Positions 40,646 through 50,338 of a DNA stretch of 64,000 bases are shown in pieces. The translations under genes were made by a program, and so were the position numbers. Position 1 is the stretch's first letter; each line of letters opens with the position of its first letter. The stretch is from positions 1,920,001-1,984,000 of the forward strand of contig CBDFIJ010000004.1 in assembly GCA_965248055.1 (NCBI GenBank). Reading direction: 5' to 3'. Source of the stretch: Candidatus Multivoradales bacterium. GTDB taxonomy: Bacteria; Acidobacteriota; Thermoanaerobaculia; Multivoradales; JAHEKO01. A model generated the notes under the pieces. The model had not been told where the DNA came from, searched no databases, and saw only the letters and a list, made by a program, of their open reading frames with translations.

Positions 40646-40978
40646 CTAGACTCCGTAGTTCTCTTTCATGGCGCGGAAACGCAGAAACGACTTGGCGTCC
40701 AAGTCTTCGGATAGGTGGCTGTCAAGAATCGGCATCAAGTCCTCTCGCAGACAAACCCCGCGAGCCATCCACTGATAGTAACTGCGCCCCCCGTGATGGT
40801 AGGGACCATAAAGCTTGGATCTGGGGAAGCGGGTCTCCAACCAACGGAACAGCGCTTCGTGGTCGGTGTGCATGCGTAAGGTCACTTGAGGTTGGCGGCC
40901 ATCCCCGCCGAAATGACCCTCGCCGACCAATATTCCCACCAAGAAGCCACGGTCAAACTCTGAAAGCGGTAATTGCAT
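40646..40978 (-). CDS. Small stand-alone LAGLIDADG-like domain protein
   Basis: FLVGILVGEGHF motif, following beta strand QVTLRM, GPY..YQW; GGAG SD; 4 bp upstream of rsmG. Confidence 0.7.
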   Translation of the reverse strand: MQLPLSEFDRGFLVGILVGEGHFGGDGRQPQVTLRMHTDHEALFRWLETRFPRSKLYGPYHHGGRSYYQWMARGVCLREDLMPILDSHLSEDLDAKSFLRFRAMKENYGV

Positions 40979-41023
40979 GGGTCTCCATCGCCTAAATTAA
41001 GTTCGCCCACTGTCAGGCGAAGT

Positions 41024-41052
41024 TGTTTCACCGTCAAGTTTCCCGTGAAACA
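41024..41052. promoter_or_regulatory. parS: parS site plus half site
   Basis: AGTTTCCCGTGAAACA 41037-41052 (14/16 to TGTTTCACGTGAAACA); TGTTTCAC 41024-41031. Confidence 0.85.
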
Positions 41053-41133
41053 AACGGCAGGTCAAGAACTTGCTTGGTCGGTGCTAAAGTGGCCGCTCGC
41101 CGTGAGTCAGACAAGGCGAACCGGGGAGGACTC

Positions 41134-41898
41134 TTGAGCCGTACTGTTGCAATCGCGAACCAAAAAGGTGGAGTGGGAAAAACCACCACCAGCGTCAACT
41201 TGGCTGGCGCCTTGGCGGTCTTCGAGCGCCGTGTTCTGTTGGTTGACTGTGACCCCCAAGGTAACGCTTCACGCGGTCTGAGGATAGAGGTCGAGCCTGC
41301 GGGAACTGGGCTCTACGAGGTGATGCGCGGAGAGATCTCAGCCCAGGATTGCATTCGACAGACTTCTCTGGAGACCCTTTCGGTTCTTCCGGCAAATCGC
41401 GACTTGGTGGGAATCGAAGTTGAGTTTGCTGGTGCTAGTCAATGGCACTTGCGTCTGCGCGATGCTCTACTGCCGGTCGTTTCGCGCTACGATCACGTGT
41501 TGCTAGACTGTCCTCCTTCGCTCGGTCATTTGACAGTCTCCGCGCTTTCCGCCGCCAACGGGGTTTTGGTTCCGCTGCAATGTGAGTACTACGCGCTCGA
41601 AGGAGTAACCGAGCTCCTAGGCACCTTGGGCCGGATCCGCGAAACTTTGAATCCGCAGTTGTCGATTGCCGGGATCTTGCTCACCATGTACGACGAGCGG
41701 ACCAACCTCTCCAAAGATGTGGCGACTGAGGTGCGCAAACATTTTCCAGGGCAGGTCTACAACACGGTGATTCCCCGCAATGTTCGACTGGCTGAAGCTC
41801 CGAGTCACGGAGTTTCGGTTTTTGAATACGACGTTGCCAGTAGAGGAGCGCAGGCATATCTTGCTTTGGCGCAGGAGTTCATGAGGAGAGCAGTATGA
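41134..41898 (+). CDS. parA: Chromosome partitioning ATPase ParA/Soj
   Basis: NQKGGVGKTTT, DPQGNAS, DCPPSLG, IPRNVRLAEAPSHG; TTG start after GGAGG. Confidence 0.98.
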   Translation: MSRTVAIANQKGGVGKTTTSVNLAGALAVFERRVLLVDCDPQGNASRGLRIEVEPAGTGLYEVMRGEISAQDCIRQTSLETLSVLPANRDLVGIEVEFAGASQWHLRLRDALLPVVSRYDHVLLDCPPSLGHLTVSALSAANGVLVPLQCEYYALEGVTELLGTLGRIRETLNPQLSIAGILLTMYDERTNLSKDVATEVRKHFPGQVYNTVIPRNVRLAEAPSHGVSVFEYDVASRGAQAYLALAQEFMRRAV

Positions 41899-42755
41899 GT
41901 ACAAGCCGCCGAGGTCTAGGTCGCGGCCTAGACGCGCTATTGGGCTCTGCCCCGGAGGGCGCCAGCGTCAGTCCGGTTGTCGAGCGGTCTCCGTCTACAC
42001 TCCCAGTGGGACAACTCCAACCCAACCCTCATCAACCGAGGACGCAGTTTGATAAGCAAGACTTGGATAGTCTGGCGGCTTCGATTCGCAACAGCGGATT
42101 GGTACAACCGATCGTCGTCAGTCACCAAGGGGATACCCACTACATCATTGCCGGCGAGCGACGATGGCGCGCCGCCCAACTTGCGGGCTTGACCGAGGTC
42201 CCAGTAGTGGTACGCGAGCAGGTCGGCGATCGTCAGATGCTGGAGTTGGCCCTGATCGAGAATCTACAGCGCGCAGACCTCAACCCGATCGATGAAGCCA
42301 AGGCATTTGCAGGTTTACGGGATAGCCACCAGCTGTCTCAAGAAAAAGTGGCTCGCGTGGTTGGCAAGAGCCGAGCTGCGGTGGCCAACGCTCTTCGCTT
42401 GTTGGACTTGCCTCAAGAGGTTCAGGGGTGGTTGCAAGAAGGCTCGCTGAGCGCCGGACAAGCGCGACCGCTATTGGCGCTCGGCGCCGCCGAAGCGATT
42501 GTCAATGTGGCCTCAAGAGTGCGGGAACAAGGCCTGTCAGTGCGACAAATCGAGGCTTTGGTTCGGTCCAAGGGAAAGAAGCGCAAGCCGACCAAAGAAA
42601 AAGAAGCACACGCGAAAGATGCTGAGGAACGCCTCACCAGAGCGTTGCAAACCAAAGTCGAAATCGAACGCCGTAAGCGAGGAGGGGTTATCAAGGTCTT
42701 CTTCCACTCCGAAGGTGAGTTGATCCGCCTCTTCGATCATCTCCATCGTTCGTAG
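41895..42755 (+). CDS. parB: ParB/Spo0J
   Basis: RGLGRGL, PNPHQPR, AGERRWRAA, ENLQRADL, HTH SRAAVANALRLL. Confidence 0.98.
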   Translation: MSTSRRGLGRGLDALLGSAPEGASVSPVVERSPSTLPVGQLQPNPHQPRTQFDKQDLDSLAASIRNSGLVQPIVVSHQGDTHYIIAGERRWRAAQLAGLTEVPVVVREQVGDRQMLELALIENLQRADLNPIDEAKAFAGLRDSHQLSQEKVARVVGKSRAAVANALRLLDLPQEVQGWLQEGSLSAGQARPLLALGAAEAIVNVASRVREQGLSVRQIEALVRSKGKKRKPTKEKEAHAKDAEERLTRALQTKVEIERRKRGGVIKVFFHSEGELIRLFDHLHRS

Positions 42756-42760
42756 CATCA

Positions 42761-44296
42761 CTACCAGCCTTGATAGCTGGGGACAAAGGTCAAGGGTCTC
42801 TGCGCCAAGGCCTCAGGGGCGAAGACCTGGGTGATGACCTCTCCGTCCAGGTCAGCGGCGACCGGCAACCCAACCGCGTAGGCGAGGGTGGGCATAATGT
42901 CGACCAAGCGCACTGACGGTAGGCGTTCTTGCCTCCGAATACCGGGTCCGTGAACGATCAAGACCCCGTCGTTACCACCCTTTGCGGTACCTTGACCCTC
43001 GTCTTGTCCTCTCAGGTTGACAATAAATTCACGCCAGCGTGGAAGTGCGGCAAACCCATGCACCGAAACCAGTACCGTGATTTTTTCCTCTGGCAACGTG
43101 GCGTCCCATGAAGCGATCGCACGATCCAAGGTTTCATAGGCGACCTCCAACTCGGCGGCAGCCTCTTCCACCTCGGTTCGATGATCCCCGCCCTGGGAAG
43201 CGGTGTAGCCACCAAAAGACCCTACCGATGGCGCCAAGAGATCACCCAGAAGAACGAAGGTTGCGTCCCCAGAGCCGTCCACTTGTGGCAGAGAAAGATG
43301 GTCCACACCCCGGTGGCCTTGGTCTCCTGGCCAGCCGACGACCTCTGCGGTCAACCCCAACTCGCGATAAATTTGCCATAGTGGTTTGCGTTTCAGATCA
43401 TCGGCCGTCACCGGACGAACCGAAGTCCCCAACAATCCCCAACGATGAAACCCCAATCCCTCAGGTAGCAACCGCACATTGGCCAACCCCCAGGGGGCTC
43501 GGTAAACAGAGGAACCTTGGAGCTGATGATGAAACGGCCAAGTACCGGTAGCGACGCTGGTCCAGAGGGCGTCAGAGCGGGGTGGCCTGAGAGTCGAAAC
43601 CGGTGCCAGAACCCCCTGCTCCAGCAAACGACCGATCATCGGCAAACTTCCCTGCTCGACCATCGGCAACAGTGCTTCAAGAGTTGCTCCGTCCAATCCG
43701 ATCACCACGATTGGCAGCAGCGGATCCCAAGCTGGTTTGCGCACCGACGGAGTGGCTGGTGCGGTGCTCTGCGGACGCAGTGTTGGAATCAAGACTAATG
43801 CGGCCATTCCGCAAGCGGCCACCAAGCCGAGACTGCGAGAGCTATATGGCCTGCGGTGCAGGGTGTGGAGCAGTGCGGTGTAGAACGCGACCAAACCAAG
43901 CAAGGTAAGAATGGCTGCGGCATAGACCAAATTCCGGTTTACTTCAGTGGGAAGGTAGAACGCCCAACGTGAGGCATGCACACCAAAAAACAAAGCTGTG
44001 GCGGCCAACACGAACGTCATAGCCCAAGGAAAAAAACGTACAGCTCGATCTAAGTTGCGCCAAAGGAAGGGCAATAGCACGAGGGTCGCCGCCACCAATC
44101 CGAGCAGCCCAAAATAGAACACCAGCGGCCAGCCATCGGATACCGAAAGGGCAATTTGTGGATTGAGAAAAACCACCAACAAGCCGATGACAGAACCGGC
44201 GACCCCGCCGGGCAGGAGCCCCCCGGCAACAGACAACAGTAGGCCCCGCAAGGAACGGTCAGGATGATTGTCTAAATCTTGCGTTGTTTTGGCCAC
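42761..44296 (-). CDS. Membrane protein with alkaline-phosphatase / NPP superfamily domain
   Basis: 5 N-terminal TMs; VIGLDGAT, WTSVATG, VDIMPTL, DLDG. Confidence 0.75.
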   Translation of the reverse strand: MAKTTQDLDNHPDRSLRGLLLSVAGGLLPGGVAGSVIGLLVVFLNPQIALSVSDGWPLVFYFGLLGLVAATLVLLPFLWRNLDRAVRFFPWAMTFVLAATALFFGVHASRWAFYLPTEVNRNLVYAAAILTLLGLVAFYTALLHTLHRRPYSSRSLGLVAACGMAALVLIPTLRPQSTAPATPSVRKPAWDPLLPIVVIGLDGATLEALLPMVEQGSLPMIGRLLEQGVLAPVSTLRPPRSDALWTSVATGTWPFHHQLQGSSVYRAPWGLANVRLLPEGLGFHRWGLLGTSVRPVTADDLKRKPLWQIYRELGLTAEVVGWPGDQGHRGVDHLSLPQVDGSGDATFVLLGDLLAPSVGSFGGYTASQGGDHRTEVEEAAAELEVAYETLDRAIASWDATLPEEKITVLVSVHGFAALPRWREFIVNLRGQDEGQGTAKGGNDGVLIVHGPGIRRQERLPSVRLVDIMPTLAYAVGLPVAADLDGEVITQVFAPEALAQRPLTFVPSYQGW

Positions 44297-44333
44297 GATC
44301 TTGGTATCTTGCGCTGGGAAGATACTAGCAACG

Positions 44334-45395
44334 ATGCCGAAGATAAGTTGGATGGACGCTCTTTACCGCACCGCGCGGCCACTGCTGTTCGCCTTGCCGG
44401 CAGAGGGCGCGCACCATTTCGGGCTCAACCTGCTGCGATTAACTGGCGCGGCTGGAATGCCGTCCTGGTCTCCCCCAGAAACTTTGCGCCAAGAACTCTT
44501 GGGCGTCAAATTCCAGTCTCCAGTGGGCCTGGCCGCAGGCTTTGACAAGGACGCTAGGTGCTTAGCGGCATGGCCCCGACTGGGGTTCGGTTTTGCCGAG
44601 GTCGGGACGGTTACCCCGAGAGCGCAGCCAGGAAACCCCAAGCCGAGGCTGCTTCGACATAAACGACAACGAAGCCTGCAAAACTGGATGGGCTTCAACG
44701 GTCGTGGTGTGGGTTTTCTTGCTGCCAATCTTAGGGCGCGACCTACCTCATTTCCCGTTGCAGTGAACTTGGGGAAAAATGCCGACACCCCGATGGACAA
44801 CGCGGCGGACGACTACCTGCTAGGAATCCGAGCCACGGTTGATCTATGCGATTTCTTGGTGGTCAATGTTTCCTCCCCCAATACGCCGGGGTTGAGAAAA
44901 CTGCAAAAAACAAGCGACCTGATGAAACTGTTACGCCCGGTGGTCGAGTTGGCAAACCCAAAACCCGTGCTGGTGAAACTATCTCCCGATGAAGAGATTG
45001 CGGACCTGTGTGAGCTATCTATCGCCGCAGTAGACCAGGGCTGTACAGGTGTAGTTGTTTCCAACACCTCTGTGGACTATGAATTGTTAGATGGCACCGA
45101 TAATACCCATAAAGGTGGGATAAGTGGTCGCCTAATCACCAATCGATCTCGCCTGTTGACCGCCAAAATCGGCGCTGCATTGCAAAAGCGCGGTATTTTG
45201 GTCAGCGTCGGTGGAATCGACAGTGCGGAGGAAGCTTACCGGCGGATTCGCACCGGTGCCAGCTTGGTCGAGCTATACACCGGCTTGGTCTATCGAGGAC
45301 CAGGGCTGCCACAACGAATTGCCGAAGGCCTGGCAACTCTCGCACAAGCAGATGGTGCGAAATCTATCAATGAGGTTGTAGGAGCTGATTTATGA
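44334..45395 (+). CDS. pyrD: Quinone-dependent dihydroorotate dehydrogenase
   Basis: GLAAGFDK, EVGTVTP, NVSSPNTPGLR, KLSPD, GGISG. Confidence 0.97.
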   Translation: MPKISWMDALYRTARPLLFALPAEGAHHFGLNLLRLTGAAGMPSWSPPETLRQELLGVKFQSPVGLAAGFDKDARCLAAWPRLGFGFAEVGTVTPRAQPGNPKPRLLRHKRQRSLQNWMGFNGRGVGFLAANLRARPTSFPVAVNLGKNADTPMDNAADDYLLGIRATVDLCDFLVVNVSSPNTPGLRKLQKTSDLMKLLRPVVELANPKPVLVKLSPDEEIADLCELSIAAVDQGCTGVVVSNTSVDYELLDGTDNTHKGGISGRLITNRSRLLTAKIGAALQKRGILVSVGGIDSAEEAYRRIRTGASLVELYTGLVYRGPGLPQRIAEGLATLAQADGAKSINEVVGADL

Positions 45396-46090
45396 TCCAT
45401 TCTTCGCTGTCTAAGGTCGCCGTGGCGCTCGACACATCTGATTTTGACGAGTTCACGGAATGGTGTGCGTTTTTCGGTTCGCGTGTCGGGGTGCTCAAGG
45501 TTGGCCTTGAGGCGTTTGTTCGTTGGGGAGCGGTGGCGGTCGAGTGTGCTCAAGAGACCGACGCTGAAGTTTTTCTCGACCTCAAACTACACGACATTCC
45601 CGCCACCGTGGCGGGCGCGGTTGGCTCTGCGGCGGAGTTAGGGGTCTCTTGGCTCACGGTTCACGCCAGCGGCGGGCCGACAATGCTTTCAGCCGCTGCT
45701 CAGAGTGCTGCCGGCAGAGTCAAGGTGATTGCCGTGACAGTACTGACGAGCCTTGCCGAGAGCGACATGGAACAACTCGGGTGGCCTGGGGAGATCCCTG
45801 AGAGGGTAACCTCTTGGGCCAAGATGGCGGAAACAGAAGGCTGCTCTGGGGTCGTCACATCCCCCAAAGAGCTGGCCGACTTACGCGTTGCCGTGGCGGA
45901 CAATTTTCGACTGGTAACCCCTGGTATTCGGCCCAGTGGTGCCCAACGGCAAGATCAGAGTCGTGTGGCAACCCCGAGAGATGCCCTGAGAGCGGGGTCC
46001 GACTTGCTGGTCATGGGTCGACCTTTGACCCGTGCTCCAGATCGCGAACAAGCCCTCGAAGTCTTAGCCGAAGAGCTAGCCGCTATTTGA
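45392..46090 (+). CDS. pyrF: Orotidine-5'-phosphate decarboxylase
   Basis: VALD, KVG, DLKLHDIPATV, VTVLTS, TPGIRP, DQSR. Confidence 0.98.
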   Translation: MIHSSLSKVAVALDTSDFDEFTEWCAFFGSRVGVLKVGLEAFVRWGAVAVECAQETDAEVFLDLKLHDIPATVAGAVGSAAELGVSWLTVHASGGPTMLSAAAQSAAGRVKVIAVTVLTSLAESDMEQLGWPGEIPERVTSWAKMAETEGCSGVVTSPKELADLRVAVADNFRLVTPGIRPSGAQRQDQSRVATPRDALRAGSDLLVMGRPLTRAPDREQALEVLAEELAAI

Positions 46091-46125
46091 GCAGCCCTCG
46101 CACTGCCGCTCTCGAGCAAGCTCAA

Positions 46126-46494
46126 CTAGAAGTAATAAAGTGGTCTGTTGATTTTCTCGTCGAATTTCCAGATATAGGTATAGCCAGGAAACTCGATGGG
46201 AATTTCATATTTGCAGTGAATGCGAATCTCGTTGCTGGTGCGCTCGACCTTGAGGTTCTCGGGTTTCACCGGCAGATCAAGGTCTTTGGCCTTCTGAAGA
46301 ATCTGTCTTTTGATCCCTTCGGTTTTTGACTGCAACCCAAACTTAGCTTGCTCTTCCATGTAGTCGTAGAACTGAGCGGAACCAATTTTCACTGGAACCA
46401 TCTTCCAGGCGATCAAAGCGGCAAGGCCCAAGATGAGGAGCCAAAAAACGCAGCCAATCTTGCTGTCTCCGCGAACCCGGTGGTTGTTGATCAT
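46126..46494 (-). CDS. Membrane-anchored protein (DUF4845-like)
   Basis: RG..GC + TM + KMVPV; located downstream of lepB, the usual place for DUF4845. Confidence 0.6.
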   Translation of the reverse strand: MINNHRVRGDSKIGCVFWLLILGLAALIAWKMVPVKIGSAQFYDYMEEQAKFGLQSKTEGIKRQILQKAKDLDLPVKPENLKVERTSNEIRIHCKYEIPIEFPGYTYIWKFDEKINRPLYYF

Positions 46495-46585
46495 GATTGT
46501 CTCCCGAATCGACAGGCCTAACGAGTAACTTGCCCTATTGATCGAAATCCTAGCACCCCAGAACTGGAGCTAACGAGTACTGGAG

Positions 46586-47254
46586 CTAGCGGACCACATG
46601 AAACACTCGCCCCCAGCGCGTGTTCGGGAAGAAGCCGATCGCGGTTCGAGCAAGTTGCCCCAGTTTGTGTCCCCACCCTCTCCAGACACCGTCTGAAGTT
46701 TCCCCAGAATAAGACCAATAGACCAACCATGGTCTTCCTTTGACCAAATTCTTGGGTAGAGCCCCCCAGAAGCGAGAGTCATTGGAGTTGTCTCGGTTGT
46801 CGCCCATACAGAAATACGAATCGTCGGGAACCATAAAGGGCCCAAATTCATCGCGAGGTCTGCCGACGCGAAATGAGTCGCCGTGGCGAATAACTGCGGA
46901 GTCATCGATCGGCAAGCCGTTGATGTGCAGGTTCTTGTTTCGCACCTCGATGACGTCTCCGGGCACCCCAATACAACGCTTGACCATGTCAATGCGGGGG
47001 TCCTCCGGCGAGCGAAACACCACAATGTCTCCCCGCTGCACGTCGCGAAGGGGCAGCAGCGCACGCTCGACCGGTGAGCCATTGCCAAACACAAATCGAT
47101 TGACAAATAGATGGTCACCGACCAGCAGCGTCTCTTCCATCGAGGCCGATGGAATGAAAAAAGTCTTAAACACAAAGGTATTAGAGAAACTCAAAAACAA
47201 CCCGGCGATCAACAACGCCTCGAGATACTCGCGGATAGTGGAATGACTACGCAT
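46586..47254 (-). CDS. lepB: Signal peptidase I
   Basis: IPSASMEETL, GDIVVF, VKRCIG, MGDNRDNSNDSRFWG. Confidence 0.97.
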   Translation of the reverse strand: MRSHSTIREYLEALLIAGLFLSFSNTFVFKTFFIPSASMEETLLVGDHLFVNRFVFGNGSPVERALLPLRDVQRGDIVVFRSPEDPRIDMVKRCIGVPGDVIEVRNKNLHINGLPIDDSAVIRHGDSFRVGRPRDEFGPFMVPDDSYFCMGDNRDNSNDSRFWGALPKNLVKGRPWLVYWSYSGETSDGVWRGWGHKLGQLARTAIGFFPNTRWGRVFHVVR

Positions 47255-47642
47255 GGGGCGGTGATTTTAGCCGGAGTCAAGAATTCTTGCCGACGTCCAA
47301 TTCCTTTGACGACTTCTGGCAACACCGGATTCGACTGCAACCACCGGGCCTAACCGGTTCATCCAGTCTGTTTTGGTTCCCTTTCCGGCAAGCAGGGCTT
47401 GCTTGGTGAGGGCCACTATTAAAGCTGGACAATCTCTTAACCTATTTAAATTAAACATCTTAAAGGTTTTATCAACGGTGGCACCGAGCGTGATTAATAG
47501 CTCGGTATGAAACGAAACCCGAGAAAGGAGGTGCCACCCGGATAGCCACAACCAAAACCAGACGAGACGGGTCCGGCGGTCCCCGCAACCCACCGCCAAC
47601 AAACGAAGTTGAATTGTCACAAACAAACAAAGGAGAAAAACA

Positions 47643-47975
47643 ATGACAAATACCCATCGAACCATCGCAACCGTTCTGGTCCTAATGCTTACCTTCGCGG
47701 CGTTCCCGGCCTTTGCTGCCGAGGGCAAAGTCAACATCAACACCGCTGCTGCAGAGCAGTTGGAGCTTCTACCTCGCATTGGTCCTTCGATCGCTCAACG
47801 GATCGTTGACTACCGCGAAGCGCAACGCTTTGAGGCGCCTGAAGACTTGCTGTTGGTCAAGGGGATCGGTGAAAAGACCTTTGATCTTCTCGAAAGCTAT
47901 GTCTCGGTTAGCGGGGATACTACCCTGACCGAAAAGGTGAAAGTGCCGCGCAAAACCGACGAGGCGTCCAGCTAG
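47643..47975 (+). CDS. comEA: ComEA-family helix-hairpin-helix DNA-binding protein
   Basis: Signal peptide; VNINTA..LPRIGPSIAQRIVDYR..VKGIGEK. Confidence 0.92.
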   Translation: MTNTHRTIATVLVLMLTFAAFPAFAAEGKVNINTAAAEQLELLPRIGPSIAQRIVDYREAQRFEAPEDLLLVKGIGEKTFDLLESYVSVSGDTTLTEKVKVPRKTDEASS

Positions 47976-47993
47976 GGCACCTGTGGGAATGGG

Positions 47994-48018
47994 GGTGGCC
48001 CTCGGGCCACCTCTTTTT
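47994..48018 (+). terminator. Intrinsic terminator after comEA
   Basis: GGTGGCCC/GGGCCACC stem followed by TCTTTTT. Confidence 0.7.
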
Positions 48019-48038
48019 CTCCACGGGCCTAGGGACCC

Positions 48039-48644
48039 ATGATGACTAAACAGCCACATAAGAGGGAAGGCTACACCCTGGTTGAAGCCCTGGTGACGCT
48101 GGCGGTGATCGCGATCGCAACCACCACTGTGACCGCCAAGGTGCGCGAATTGAGCGGACTGACTCATCTGAGAGTTGCTGCTGGGTCGGTTGCAGCTACG
48201 CTACATCAGGCGAGATCTGAAGCAATCCGAAGGGGCCGTCAAGTAGGGTTGCGATTTGAAAGACGAAACAGCGGATCGTGGGTCGGAGTTGCCTATCTGG
48301 ATGGCGATGGAGACGGGGTCAAGACTGACGATATTCGCAAAGGAACCGATACTGAGGCTTGGCGTCGGCCGGTTGAAGGCGTCGACGCGGTGGTCCGGTT
48401 CGGCATCATCGAGGCGATGTCACCGACCGATCCCGGCGACCCAAAGCGCAAGCTGCAACGTCTGGATGACCCGATCCGCTTTGGTCGCTCCAACATCGCA
48501 TCTTTTGGACCCTTGGGTACCTCAACCCCAGGATCAATCTACTTGCGAGACGGTGATCGAAGGCAAGCCGTAGTTCGACTGTATGGACGTACCGCAAAAC
48601 TGAGAGTGATGCACTATCAGCCACGGAATCGCCTCTGGAAGTAG
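48039..48644 (+). CDS. GspH/FimT-family pseudopilin
   Basis: Prepilin site G|YTLVE, ARSEAI motif. Confidence 0.85.
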   Translation: MMTKQPHKREGYTLVEALVTLAVIAIATTTVTAKVRELSGLTHLRVAAGSVAATLHQARSEAIRRGRQVGLRFERRNSGSWVGVAYLDGDGDGVKTDDIRKGTDTEAWRRPVEGVDAVVRFGIIEAMSPTDPGDPKRKLQRLDDPIRFGRSNIASFGPLGTSTPGSIYLRDGDRRQAVVRLYGRTAKLRVMHYQPRNRLWK

Positions 48645-48722
48645 AAAACCGCTGACTGTCTCAAAGGTACTGATCTAGGACAACCGGTTGTTAATCCTCG
48701 ACCCGGTCCATATGATCGGTAG

Positions 48723-49046
48723 GTGTCCGAACCACTCGCAGTACTCACCACCGTTGGCACAGAGCAGGAGGCGAATCTGATCGCCAACGAGCTGATCGAG
48801 CGCCGGGTTGCCGCCTGCGTCAACATCACTCGCGGTGTGACCTCAGTGTTTCGCTGGCGCGATGAAATTCAGCGAGACAGCGAGTTCCTACTGCTTATTA
48901 AGACCGTGCAGGACCGCTTTAGCGATGTCAGCGACACTATTTGTGAGCTCCACAGTTACGAATGTCCGGAGATCTTGGCAGTCCCAGCCCAAGCGGGCGA
49001 TCTTCGGTTTATGGACTGGCTAGAGCAGTCGACACGCCCAGCCTAG
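48723..49046 (+). CDS. cutA: Divalent-cation tolerance protein CutA
   Basis: AACVN, SVFRW, LIKT, HSYECPEI. Confidence 0.95.
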   Translation: MSEPLAVLTTVGTEQEANLIANELIERRVAACVNITRGVTSVFRWRDEIQRDSEFLLLIKTVQDRFSDVSDTICELHSYECPEILAVPAQAGDLRFMDWLEQSTRPA

Positions 49047-49071
49047 TTGGGCTTCGCTTCCGGCGGACCGG

Positions 49072-50226
49072 CTAGCGCAACGCCTGGTCGAGATCGGCTA
49101 CCAAATCGTCGATCAACTCAATACCCACTGACACTCGGACCAATCCTTCGGTGATCCCAGCAGCTTGGCGCTTTTCAAGCGGCATGGATGCGTGGGTCAT
49201 CGACGCCGGGTGGGAGATCAAGGTCTCTACTCCGCCGAGGCTCTCGGCCAGAGTCAAAACATGTAGCCGATCCAGAACTTGTTTTGCCCGCTCTTGGGAC
49301 CCCAGCTCGAAGGAGATCAGCGCGCCAAAACCAGAAGCTTGGCGTTGCTGCAGTTGATGTCCAGGATGATCCGGCAAACCGGGGTAGAGAACCTCACCCA
49401 CGTTATTGTGATCAACAAGAAAGCGTGCAAGGTCGCGTCCGGATTTCTCGTGCTGCTCCATGCGCACCGCGAGGGTCTTCAAGCCGCGGAGAATCAGGAA
49501 AGAGTCCATCGGTGAGAGGATCGCTCCAACTGATTTCTGCACGAAGGAAAACCACTCCGAGAGCTCCGGATCGGAGGTCACCAGAACACCACCAATACTG
49601 TCGCTGTGGCCATTGAGAAACTTGGTCGTCGAGTGCAGCACGATATCTGCCTCCAATTCCAACGGACGCTGGAAGTAAGGCGACATAAAAGTATTGTCGA
49701 CCGCCAGAATCGCGCCATGGTTGTGAGCGATTTGCGCAGCACCGCGGAGATCAGAGACTTCAATCGTCGGATTGGTCGGAGTTTCGATATAGACGATCTT
49801 GGTGCGCTCCTCCAGCGCCGCCGAAACCAGCTCTAAGTCGGTGGTGTCGACCCACGAACAACGGATCTGGTAACGATCCATGATCTGAGTGAAGAAGCGG
49901 TAAGTACCCCCGTATACCGAGCGCGAAGCGACAATGTGATCTCCACTGGAGAGCAGCGTCGAGAGGGCGGAAATCGAGGCCATACCCGACGCGAAGGCAT
50001 GACCAAAGCGACCCGATTCGAGGGAAGCCATATTCTCTTCCAGCGCACTGCGGGTTGGGTTCTGCACCCTGGCGTACTCAAAGCCCTTATGCTTGCCCAT
50101 CTCATCTTGGGCATAGGTAGAGGTTTGATAGATCGGCATTGCTACCGCTCCAGTGGTTGGGTCTGGTGGTTGACCAGTGTGGATTGCGCGGGTTGCGAAA
50201 CCTAGATTTTTTGGGTCACCTTTCAT
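49072..50226 (-). CDS. Cystathionine gamma-lyase/synthase (Cys/Met PLP enzyme)
   Basis: PIYQTSTY, YARVQNPT, ETPTNP, HSTTKFLNGHSD, AESLGGVE. Confidence 0.95.
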   Translation of the reverse strand: MKGDPKNLGFATRAIHTGQPPDPTTGAVAMPIYQTSTYAQDEMGKHKGFEYARVQNPTRSALEENMASLESGRFGHAFASGMASISALSTLLSSGDHIVASRSVYGGTYRFFTQIMDRYQIRCSWVDTTDLELVSAALEERTKIVYIETPTNPTIEVSDLRGAAQIAHNHGAILAVDNTFMSPYFQRPLELEADIVLHSTTKFLNGHSDSIGGVLVTSDPELSEWFSFVQKSVGAILSPMDSFLILRGLKTLAVRMEQHEKSGRDLARFLVDHNNVGEVLYPGLPDHPGHQLQQRQASGFGALISFELGSQERAKQVLDRLHVLTLAESLGGVETLISHPASMTHASMPLEKRQAAGITEGLVRVSVGIELIDDLVADLDQALR

Positions 50227-50338
50227 TTTCGTCCTTTCCAGTGTTCCCGGACTGCGCTGATGTAACAACCCTTCGCAACCCTACATTCCCGTATCGTTCA
50301 GATCACAGCAACATCTGGCGAGAGCGTACAATGCTTTC

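Noticed and set aside
46568-46584. AGCTAACGAGTACTGGA matches oriC 25398-25414 at 16/17 nt
   Set aside because: A single pair of this length can arise by chance in 64 kb; no other support
47303-47315. CACCGGATTCGAC identical to part of the tmRNA 5' end
   Set aside because: Only 13 nt, no surrounding tRNA-like structure; probably chance
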